From Anaerolineae bacterium (lineage in GTDB: Bacteria > Chloroflexota > Anaerolineae > B4-G1 > SLSP01): a DNA stretch of 59,520 bases. The notes beneath the pieces were generated by a model that had not been told where the DNA came from, made no database searches, and saw nothing but the letters and a program-made list of their open reading frames with translations. Positions 10,764-18,119 of the stretch are shown piece by piece (within the stretch, counting starts at the first letter, position 1; every line of letters begins with the position of its first letter). Position numbers and translations under genes: made by a program. The DNA is taken from the NCBI GenBank assembly GCA_034433375.1, contig DAOUAQ010000203.1, positions 1 to 59,520 of the forward strand. The letters run 5' to 3'.

Positions 10764-11618
10764 TTATTCCCCTCCAAACTTGTTGATTCGCGCGGTCACT
10801 TCGTGAGCTAAGCGCGTGATAAAAGATTGCGTGTAAGCCACGACGCTCAATGCGGGATCTATGATCAATGGCGTCAGGTCCATAGCAAAGATCAGCCCTG
10901 TGGCGACGTCTGTATCGTGCGAGGCGAAATAGGTCGCGTTGGCCTGCCGCCGCCCCGTCGTCGCCAGGTCGTAGCGTTTGCCGCCGCACACCTGCGAATC
11001 GAAGACGCCAAGCAGCGCGGCTTGTAGCCCCCCGTGCGTCGAAACGTCGAACGTGATCTTGTCCGTATCCAACATCCAATCCAGATTGCGCCACACCTCG
11101 CACCCGTACAGGTGTTTGGGACGCGCCTCGGCCGGCAGACGACGCAACGCCTCAATCACCCGCAGCGTGACGGCGACGTGCGTGTCGTGCTTGTCGGCCA
11201 GATTGTGCGTGTAGATCACTTCGGGCCGCGCCAGCTCGAACAGCGCGTACAGGTCTTCGACAGGCGCTTTGTCGGTGCTGTCCTTGAGCACGGAACTGGG
11301 GTAATCGAGCAGCACTTGCGCGCCGTATTCGCCGATGATCGCCGCCTTCTTCTGTTCTTTGCGGCGAATGACTTGCATGGCTTCGTCGGTGTAATCTCTG
11401 TAAAGATCGGCGCGCGGCGATCCAGACCCGTTGGTGACGACGACGCCGGCGAACCAGCGGTCCTGGCGTTGAAAGCACTTGATAATGCCATCGAACGCCA
11501 TAATTTCGAGGTCATCCTGGTGCGCGCCAACGGCCATGTGCGTGGTGCGCTGCAACGCGACTTCTGCCGGAAGTCCATCCGGCGCGAAAATCTCTGCGGT
11601 CTCACGCTGCAGGTTCAT
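10764..11618 (-). CDS. PIG-L/LmbE-family N-acetylglucosaminyl deacetylase
   Basis: The AHQDDLEI motif corresponds to the PIG-L (A/P)HPDDE zinc-site motif. Its position next to the SIS deaminase and sugar kinase supports the call. Confidence 0.75.
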   Translation of the reverse strand: MNLQRETAEIFAPDGLPAEVALQRTTHMAVGAHQDDLEIMAFDGIIKCFQRQDRWFAGVVVTNGSGSPRADLYRDYTDEAMQVIRRKEQKKAAIIGEYGAQVLLDYPSSVLKDSTDKAPVEDLYALFELARPEVIYTHNLADKHDTHVAVTLRVIEALRRLPAEARPKHLYGCEVWRNLDWMLDTDKITFDVSTHGGLQAALLGVFDSQVCGGKRYDLATTGRRQANATYFASHDTDVATGLIFAMDLTPLIIDPALSVVAYTQSFITRLAHEVTARINKFGGE

Positions 11619-11638
11619 CGTTCACTCCCTTGAAAATA

Positions 11639-11708
11639 GTCCAAAGTCCAAAGTCCAGAAAAACTGGGCGTTCTTGGAAGCGTAGCGGCTTTGGCGGCTT
11701 GGCGGTGA
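11639..11708. repeat. Short tandem repeats: GTCCAAA x3 (11639..11659) and GGCGGCTT-type octamers x3 (11685..11708)
   Basis: Read directly. The same unit families recur at 27191..27309 and at 28749..28874. Confidence 0.8.
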
Positions 11709-11769
11709 AGATTTTCATCCAACCACTGATGAACTGCCGATTTATGATGAATTCCTCTTGAAAAAACGG

Positions 11770-11783
11770 TTGAAACGTTTCAG
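11770..11783. promoter_or_regulatory. Near copy (TTGAAACGTTTCAG) of the 1921..1934 palindrome core, between the kinase and deacetylase genes
   Basis: 13 of 14 positions are identical to TTGAAACGTTTCAA. It lies in the 180-bp intra-operon spacer. Confidence 0.4.
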
Positions 11784-11798
11784 CGTTCAAACGTTATT

Positions 11799-13196
11799 TC
11801 AATCAACCACCGGGAGGCTGGCCGCGGCGATGGATTGCCCCACGCGGCGACTTTTCTCGTCGGGCAGTTGGATGTGGATGCGCGCCGCCAACGCCGGGAA
11901 TTCCTCGGCCAACACGGTGTTTGCGCCGTCGAGAATGAGCTGCCCGCCGCTGCCGGAGGTGCAGCGTCCCAGAATCAGCACGTGGCGCAGGTCGTAAAAG
12001 TCGGCGTAGTGCGCGATGGCGTAGCCCATATAGATGCCCATCGTCTCCCAAATCTGCCGCGCGCCGGCGTGACCGGCTTCCAGTTTCTCCTGGACAAATT
12101 TGAGCTTCGCCGCCGGGGTGATGCCTTCCGGGATGGCGATACCCGCGCGCGGGGCCAGGCGGAAGACGCATTGCTGCGAGAAATACGTCGCGCCGACGCC
12201 GCGGTCGCCTGACCACTCGTCCACGGAGGCGTTGGGGTTGTAGTCCACCGGCGCGAAGGCCAACTCGTTCAGCCAGCCGGTGATCGTCCCGTCCAGCGCG
12301 ACGTAGCCGGCCGCCTGACTCGATCCCAGCGCGATGCCGAGCACGCCGTCATCCTCCAGCGACATCGCGCCGGCCAACGCCGTCACGTCGCCGTCGTTCA
12401 CCATTTCGAGCGGCGCACCCATCTCAGCGCGGATGCGCAGAAACAGGTTTCTGATCTCGCCGTAGCGTTCTTTGGGGACGCCGCGAAACAGCGAGGCCAC
12501 CCGCACTTGATTGTCCACGTAGATGCCGGCGGCGCTGCCCCCGATGGCATCCACGCGGGGGAGCTTGGCTGCCGCGGCGCGCAGGCTCGCCATAATCTCG
12601 CGGTAATGATAGTCCGGGTCGCGCTGGATGCTCGGCTCCCACACGACTTCCTCGCTGTAGATCGCCTCGCCATCCACCACAGCGGATACCTTGCGATCCG
12701 AAGCGCCCAGGTCGAAGCCGATGCGGTAGCCTTCCAGGTGACGTCCCAGTGGTCGTCCGCTTTCGCGCGCCGGGGGAACGTCCGCCGGGTCGCACGGGAC
12801 GATGGTGAACGGTCTGTCGTACACGTCCTCGCCCATAAAATGAAAGTCGAATTCCCGCGCGCCACCGGGCGTGTAAAGCGTTTGCAGCGCCGCGCCAATG
12901 CTCAACGGCCCGCCCACGTACACCTTCCACCCGCCGCGCTGCCAGAGCAGGAATTTGAAGATGCGCTCGGCGTAGGGCAGGTTAGCGTCAGCCTGGAGAT
13001 GCCCTGCGGGGAAAACGCGGGTGGCGAAGCGCGAAGTAACGCCGTTGAGTTGCTCGACGCCGAAAACGAGCGGGACGCCGCCGCCTGCTGCGGCGACCTG
13101 CGTCTGGAAATCGCGGTTGACCAGCGCGGCCGGCTGGAATTCCGGGTCGAGCGGAGGCACGAGACGAGGTTTGACGCGCTGAAAAGTCTGAATCAT
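11799..13196 (-). CDS. ASKHA-superfamily sugar kinase (ROK/BadF-like, no HTH and no ROK zinc motif seen)
   Basis: Phosphate-1-like GFDLGASDRKVSAV and VNDGDVTALAG (ROK-like NDxxxAAxGE region). Has an N-terminal extension of about 150 aa. ATG is preceded by AGGAG. Confidence 0.6.
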   Translation of the reverse strand: MIQTFQRVKPRLVPPLDPEFQPAALVNRDFQTQVAAAGGGVPLVFGVEQLNGVTSRFATRVFPAGHLQADANLPYAERIFKFLLWQRGGWKVYVGGPLSIGAALQTLYTPGGAREFDFHFMGEDVYDRPFTIVPCDPADVPPARESGRPLGRHLEGYRIGFDLGASDRKVSAVVDGEAIYSEEVVWEPSIQRDPDYHYREIMASLRAAAAKLPRVDAIGGSAAGIYVDNQVRVASLFRGVPKERYGEIRNLFLRIRAEMGAPLEMVNDGDVTALAGAMSLEDDGVLGIALGSSQAAGYVALDGTITGWLNELAFAPVDYNPNASVDEWSGDRGVGATYFSQQCVFRLAPRAGIAIPEGITPAAKLKFVQEKLEAGHAGARQIWETMGIYMGYAIAHYADFYDLRHVLILGRCTSGSGGQLILDGANTVLAEEFPALAARIHIQLPDEKSRRVGQSIAAASLPVVD

Positions 13197-13229
13197 TGCT
13201 ATCTCCTAAGTATTAGAAGAACTTAGAAA

Positions 13230-13279
13230 GTTAAATTTACTTACGAAGTATTATACCGCAATTCACGTCGTTTGTCAAG
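13230..13279 (-). promoter_or_regulatory. Consensus promoter (TTGACA, 17-nt spacer, TATAAT) with the same 27-bp box as 8739..8765
   Basis: Minus strand: -35 TTGACA (complement of 13273..13278), 17-nt spacer, -10 TATAAT (complement of 13250..13255), then ACTTCGTAAGTAAATTTAAC. Confidence 0.6.
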
Positions 13280-13302
13280 GTACGAATTTTTGGTTTTTGG
13301 GA

Positions 13303-13770
13303 TCAGGCAGTCAGCGTAGCGCCGTTTTTGCCGCGTATCAGCAGCGTCCAGGTGCCTTTTTGCACGGCTTGGTTGTCCTGATTGTAGATGGTGACGTACA
13401 GCGTTATCAGACCGCCGTTGTAGCCCGGCATGGGGCGCTTTTTGCCCACTCTGAGGGTGGCGTGGATTGTGTCGCCGACTTTGACCGGACCGCGGTATTT
13501 CCAATCCAGGCCGATAAAAGCGTCAATGGTGCCGCTCAAATGGCCCAGGCTGTTGGCAAGCCCGGTGCCGATGGAGAGGACGAGTGCGCCTTGTACGATC
13601 AGTTCGCCGAAAGGACTCGATGAAGCGTACTCGGCGTCAGTGTGCAGGGGATTATAGTCCCCGGATAGCTTGGTGAAGGTTTCAAAATCCTCTTGTGTGA
13701 TGGTGCGGTGGGTTGTCTCAAAGTGTAAGTCGGGATGCAGGTCTTCGTAGTACAGCTTTTCGACGGGCAT
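13303..13770 (-). CDS. MaoC-like (R)-hydratase / hotdog-fold protein
   Basis: LSGDYNPLHTD motif and hotdog-type length (155 aa). Confidence 0.8.
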   Translation of the reverse strand: MPVEKLYYEDLHPDLHFETTHRTITQEDFETFTKLSGDYNPLHTDAEYASSSPFGELIVQGALVLSIGTGLANSLGHLSGTIDAFIGLDWKYRGPVKVGDTIHATLRVGKKRPMPGYNGGLITLYVTIYNQDNQAVQKGTWTLLIRGKNGATLTA

Positions 13771-13796
13771 GAAAACCTCCGGGTAAAAGTTTAACG

Positions 13797-14957
13797 TCAG
13801 AGGGCGTGCTGCAACTGCTCAAACAGGGCTTCGTACTCCGCGACGGTGCGCTCGGTGGAGAAGCGTGCGACGATTTCCTCGCGGGGGCGGACGTAGGCGC
13901 TGTGGTGGTCGAGAACCTGGAGCATGGCCTGCGCTAAACCTGCGGCGTCGCCGATGGGCGCGATTTCACCCATGCCTGATTGCTGGATGGGTTGGCGCAC
14001 GCCGGGCAGGTCACTGGCGACGCACGGGACACCGCACAGCATTGCTTCCACCTGCACCAGGCCGAACGATTCGGTGGAGTTGAGACTCGGCACGACGAGT
14101 AAATCCAGGTTGGGGTAGAAAGCTGCCATCTGGACCGGGTCGAGCACATCCAGGAACTTCCATTGGTCTGCGTCTTCGTAGCGATAGATCATGGGTTGTA
14201 GCCGGCGGGCATAAGTCTCTTCCGCCAGAACATTTTTATATTGGCCGGCAAAAAGGATACGCGCTTTGGGGTAACGTTCCAAAATGTGCGGGAAGGCGTT
14301 GAGCAACACATCCACGCCCTTCTCGGCGGCTAAACGCGCGGCCATACCGATCACCGGACGCGCGTGTTGCGGGTTGTGCATCTTGGCGAAGGCGGCGATG
14401 CCGGAAGGCGTCATCGGCGGCAACTCCACGGGCGGGGGAATGATGTGGAGTTTGTCGCTGAATTTTTGCAGGAATGGGGAATGGTCGGCAAAGTCCTGGG
14501 TATAGGCGACGACTTTGTGAGAGGATTTTCCCGCCAGGTTGTTCATCAGATTCACAACCCGGTTCACGAAACGATTGAAGCGGCCAGGGGGTAATTGCAG
14601 GTCGCAGTGATAGGTGAGGACGGTCGGCTTTTTGAGCAAGCGCCCGCGCAAAGCCACTCCTGCTGCGTCAAACTGTGGCAGGTGCAGGCTGATAACGTCG
14701 GCCTGCGCAGCAAGTTTCCACGCCAGGAAGCCGAACGTGGGCATAATCACGCCTTTGCTGACCCGCAAGAGCACCGGCGCGCGCACGATCTGCACGCCGT
14801 CCAGTGTCTCACGACGCGCCAGGTTACGGTTGTAATGGGAGGTGAGAATTGTGACCGCGTGCCCACGCCGGACCAAGCCTTTAGCCAGACGTTCGGCGTA
14901 GATGGTCAAGCCGCTGGTGTGCGGGCGGTAGTAGGTCAAAACGATGAGAACGCGCAT
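13797..14957 (-). CDS. Glycosyltransferase family 4 (GT-B, Glycos_transf_1)
   Basis: MRVLIVLTYYRPHTSGLTIYAERLAKGL at the N-terminus. C-terminal ESFGLVQVEAMLCGVPCVASD (E-x7-E region). The track ORF to 15149 is an Arg-rich upstream extension that overlaps the epimerase gene. Confidence 0.85.
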   Translation of the reverse strand: MRVLIVLTYYRPHTSGLTIYAERLAKGLVRRGHAVTILTSHYNRNLARRETLDGVQIVRAPVLLRVSKGVIMPTFGFLAWKLAAQADVISLHLPQFDAAGVALRGRLLKKPTVLTYHCDLQLPPGRFNRFVNRVVNLMNNLAGKSSHKVVAYTQDFADHSPFLQKFSDKLHIIPPPVELPPMTPSGIAAFAKMHNPQHARPVIGMAARLAAEKGVDVLLNAFPHILERYPKARILFAGQYKNVLAEETYARRLQPMIYRYEDADQWKFLDVLDPVQMAAFYPNLDLLVVPSLNSTESFGLVQVEAMLCGVPCVASDLPGVRQPIQQSGMGEIAPIGDAAGLAQAMLQVLDHHSAYVRPREEIVARFSTERTVAEYEALFEQLQHAL

Positions 14958-14966
14958 AGAGAACTC

Positions 14967-14987
14967 CGTGAAACGTGAAACATGGAA
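14967..14987. repeat. CGTGAAA heptamers x3 (two perfect) in the GT4/epimerase spacer
   Basis: Read directly. Same unit family as 28896..28950. Confidence 0.6.
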
Positions 14988-14992
14988 AGCTT

Positions 14993-16018
14993 TTAGCCGT
15001 TGAACAAGCTGCGATTCGATTGTACCCATTCGAAGAGGCGGGTGATGCCTTCTTCGACGCTGACTTTTGGATGCCAGGCTAATTGCGCGGCGGCTTTGCG
15101 GATGTCGGCGACGAAGATGCGCTGGTCGCCGGGCCGCCAGTCGCGCCAACTGACCGGGATCTCACGCCCGGTGAGCCGTTCCAGCAGCGGGCAGAACTCC
15201 CGCCAGACCGAGAGCTGATTGGCCGCGCCGCCGCCGACGTTGTAGATTTGTCCTGCTACCCGGTCAATGGTGGCGATGGCCGCGTCGTAGGCGTTCAGCA
15301 AGTCTTCGATGTAGAGCAAATCGCGGACCTGCTTGCCGTCGCCGTAGATGGTGATAGGGCGTTCCAGCAGCGCCGCGATGATGAACCACGCTACCCAGCC
15401 TTGATCCTCCACGCCAAACTGGCGCGGGCCATAGATGCAGCTTTGGCGGAAGACGACAGTAGGCAGCCCATAGATGCGCGCGTAGTCACGCACGTACTGA
15501 TCGCCGGCGCCTTTTGAATTGCCGTAGGGCGAGTGGAAATCAAGCGGGTACGTTTCGGGGATGCCGTGGGGATAGTCGCGGTAGGCGTAGCGCGTCTCGC
15601 GTTCTTCCACGATGAGCGATTCCATGCCGCCGTACACTTTGTTCGTCGAAGCAAAAATAACGGCGGGATGATGGCCGACGAGGCGCGCCGCTTCCAGGAC
15701 GTTGAACGTGCCGGTGACGTTGATCTCGAAATCTTCGCGCGGGTGAAGAACCGAAGAAGTGACGGCAACTTGCGAGGCCAGGTGGACGATGACATCCACA
15801 TTGCGGACGGCGGCGGTGAGCAAGGCGGCGTCGCGCACGTCGCCGTGGATGAGGGTGAAGGCGTTGTCGCCGAATGTTTCGCGCAGCCAGGCAAGGTTAG
15901 CGGTCGCGCCGCGCCGCGAGAGGTTGTCGTAGATGGTTACGCGCTCTCCCCGTCCCAGGAGCCGGTGAACGTAATTCGCGCCGATAAACCCGGCGCCGCC
16001 GGTAATTAGATAATGCAT
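14993..16018 (-). CDS. NAD-dependent sugar epimerase/dehydratase (SDR extended family)
   Basis: ITGGAGFIG Rossmann motif and the YGNSK catalytic YxxxK. ATG at 16018 lies 8 nt after GGAGG. The track start at 16033 adds 5 codons. Confidence 0.85.
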   Translation of the reverse strand: MHYLITGGAGFIGANYVHRLLGRGERVTIYDNLSRRGATANLAWLRETFGDNAFTLIHGDVRDAALLTAAVRNVDVIVHLASQVAVTSSVLHPREDFEINVTGTFNVLEAARLVGHHPAVIFASTNKVYGGMESLIVEERETRYAYRDYPHGIPETYPLDFHSPYGNSKGAGDQYVRDYARIYGLPTVVFRQSCIYGPRQFGVEDQGWVAWFIIAALLERPITIYGDGKQVRDLLYIEDLLNAYDAAIATIDRVAGQIYNVGGGAANQLSVWREFCPLLERLTGREIPVSWRDWRPGDQRIFVADIRKAAAQLAWHPKVSVEEGITRLFEWVQSNRSLFNG

Positions 16019-16034
16019 GGTAGAAACCTCCATC

Positions 16035-17099
16035 TTACGAGGGATCAGCAGAACTTGTGGATGGTGCAGTCTCCACGTGTTGCGCGTTGCTGACGAGGCT
16101 TTTGAAGGACATTCCCCAAATCAAGAGCGTGAGCGCCCCCAGGGCGATGCCGGTGAGGTAAGCGAGCGCGTGGACAATCACCGCGTAGGTGAAGCCGGAG
16201 TCACGGGCGATGTTGAAGCCCCAGAAGAGCGCCTCGCGCACGGCGAAGTGGAACGATCCCAGGCCGCCGGTCGCCGGGAACACCATCCCGAAGGCGCTGG
16301 CCCATGTGATGACAAAGGCTTTAAGGATACCGTCGCCGGTGGGGAGAAACGCGCGACACGCTTGCAGCGCCATCCAAAAATAGAGGGGGGTCACAATCCA
16401 CAATGCCAATGACCACAGCAACAGCGCCGCCCCTTCGCGGACTGAGCGCAGCGCGATCAAGCCATCCAGAGTGTGCTGTACCGGCTTCAACCAACGTTCG
16501 GGATTGGGGATGCGCAGTATATCCAATATGCGCCGCGCCAGCAGCTCGACTTTTTGGGGGAACAGCGCTACCAGCATAAACATGACCAACAATCCCAATG
16601 CCAACGCGCCGCTCAATCCGATGACCAGTTGGAAGGAAAGTGATCCGGCCAGTTGTCCACCGGCGAGGTAGGTCCGCAGCCCTGGCACAAAGGGCAGCGT
16701 CGCCACGAGCATAATCACGATGAGGAACATATCCAGCACGCGCTCGACGACGACGGTGGACAGCGCCGCCATGATGGAGACCGGTCCGCGCATACTTGCG
16801 GCGACGGCGCGGGCGGGATCGCCGGCCCGCAAAGGCAGCACGCCGCTGACGAGATAGCCGATGTTGATCAAGCCAAAGGTGTCGCGCAGGGAGAGTTTGC
16901 GCCCCAGCAGGATCCGCCAGCGTTGCGCGCGAATGACGAGCGTCACCAGGATCAGCGCGAAGGTGAGCAGGAGTGAACCCAACTGCACTTGTCGCAGCGC
17001 TGCACCCACCTCGGAAAAATTTACACCACGTAGCGCAACATATAGCGCCACTGCGCTCAATACCAGGGTAATGATGATTTGCAGGCTTCGCTTTTTCAT
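16035..17099 (-). CDS. UPF0104 / lysylphosphatidylglycerol-synthase-TM-region-like (flippase-like) membrane protein
   Basis: Polytopic. N-terminal pattern ..ALRGVNFSEVGAALRQV.. and RAQRWRILLG are typical of the family. Confidence 0.7.
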   Translation of the reverse strand: MKKRSLQIIITLVLSAVALYVALRGVNFSEVGAALRQVQLGSLLLTFALILVTLVIRAQRWRILLGRKLSLRDTFGLINIGYLVSGVLPLRAGDPARAVAASMRGPVSIMAALSTVVVERVLDMFLIVIMLVATLPFVPGLRTYLAGGQLAGSLSFQLVIGLSGALALGLLVMFMLVALFPQKVELLARRILDILRIPNPERWLKPVQHTLDGLIALRSVREGAALLLWSLALWIVTPLYFWMALQACRAFLPTGDGILKAFVITWASAFGMVFPATGGLGSFHFAVREALFWGFNIARDSGFTYAVIVHALAYLTGIALGALTLLIWGMSFKSLVSNAQHVETAPSTSSADPS

Positions 17100-17200
17100 A
17101 CGCGATATTATACCACAGGGAGCATATCGTGGAGTTTAATTGTCGTCTCCCGGAAAGTGACTACACTAGAAGTTGTCCGCGGCGCTTCGACGGACGATGT

Positions 17201-17240
17201 GACTATCCGACTATCCGACTATCCGACTCATGACTATGTG
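17201..17240. repeat. GACTATCC octamer array (3 perfect and 2 degenerate units) just upstream of the coaX RBS
   Basis: Read directly. Confidence 0.8.
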
Positions 17241-17249
17241 GAGGAACCT

Positions 17250-18023
17250 ATGCTCTTAGCAGTCAATGTGGGCAACACGAATATTGTTTTCGGCATTCAC
17301 GACGGCGAAAAGTGGCTGCGGCATTGGCGCGTGCGCACGGTGCGCGATAAGATGCCCGACGAATACGGCGTGCTCTTCCGCGACTTTTTGCGAGAGACCC
17401 ACGTGGCGCTGGAAGCGCTGGAGCAGGTCGCCATCAGCAGCGTGGTCCCGCCGATTACCGACAGAATGGAGGAGATGCTCGTCGCGCAGACGGGCGTGAT
17501 GCCGTTGATTGTCAGCACAGCAGTGAAGACCGGGTTGACGTTCGCCATAGACAATCCGGCGGAACTGGGGGCGGATTTGGTCGCCGACGGGGTGGCCGCC
17601 TACGACCGCGTGCGGGATGCGTGCATCGTGGTGGACTTCGGCACGGCGACGACGTTCTCGGCGGTGGCGGCAGACGCGACGTACCTCGGCGTTGCCATCG
17701 CGCCGGGGATCAATATGGCGATGTCGGCGCTGGCGGGCGGGACGGCGCAACTGCCGCAGATCCGGTTGAGCGCGCCGCCGCGTCCCATCGGCACGAACAC
17801 CGTACATTCGATTCAATCCGGCATCGTCTTGGGTTACGTGGGGATGGTGGAGAGCCTCATCGCGCGTTTTCGGGAGCAGATGGGCGTCCCGGCGCCGGCG
17901 CTGGCGACCGGCGGCCTGGCGCGGTTGATCGCGCCGTTGACTTCATGTTTCGCAGTGGCGGACGAATGGTTGACGCTGGATGGCATTCGTCTGATCGCGC
18001 TGCTGAACAAGAATGGCGAATGA
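17250..18023 (+). CDS. coaX: Type III pantothenate kinase
   Basis: MLLAVNVGNTNIVFG (phosphate-1), VVDFGTATT, and a length of about 257 aa. ATG follows GGAGGA. The track ORF from 17079 is an upstream extension through a repeat array. Confidence 0.85.
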   Translation: MLLAVNVGNTNIVFGIHDGEKWLRHWRVRTVRDKMPDEYGVLFRDFLRETHVALEALEQVAISSVVPPITDRMEEMLVAQTGVMPLIVSTAVKTGLTFAIDNPAELGADLVADGVAAYDRVRDACIVVDFGTATTFSAVAADATYLGVAIAPGINMAMSALAGGTAQLPQIRLSAPPRPIGTNTVHSIQSGIVLGYVGMVESLIARFREQMGVPAPALATGGLARLIAPLTSCFAVADEWLTLDGIRLIALLNKNGE

Positions 18024-18119
18024 GCGAATCGGCAAATCGGCAAATCAGCAAATCGGCAAATCAGCAAATCAGCAAATCGGCGAATCGGCGAATCAGTGAA
18101 TCGGCAAATCAGTGAATAA
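18016..18119. repeat. 13 consecutive GCRAATCR octamers
   Basis: GCGAATGA GCGAATCG GCAAATCG GCAAATCA ... GTGAATAA, all direct. Unit 1 contains the coaX stop codon. Unit 13 contains the GTG used as the start of the next ORF. Confidence 0.9.

Noticed and set aside
13797-15149. Track ORF giving a 450-aa glycosyltransferase with an Arg-rich N-terminal 64 residues.
   Set aside because: The extension overlaps the upstream epimerase gene and has no GT4 counterpart. The canonical GT4 N-terminus starts at MRVLIV (ATG 14957).
17079-17249. N-terminal 57-residue extension of coaX in the track ORF.
   Set aside because: It reads through an octamer repeat array and overlaps the divergent gene start. A GGAGGA RBS precedes the ATG at 17250, which gives the canonical MLLAVNVGNTN N-terminus.
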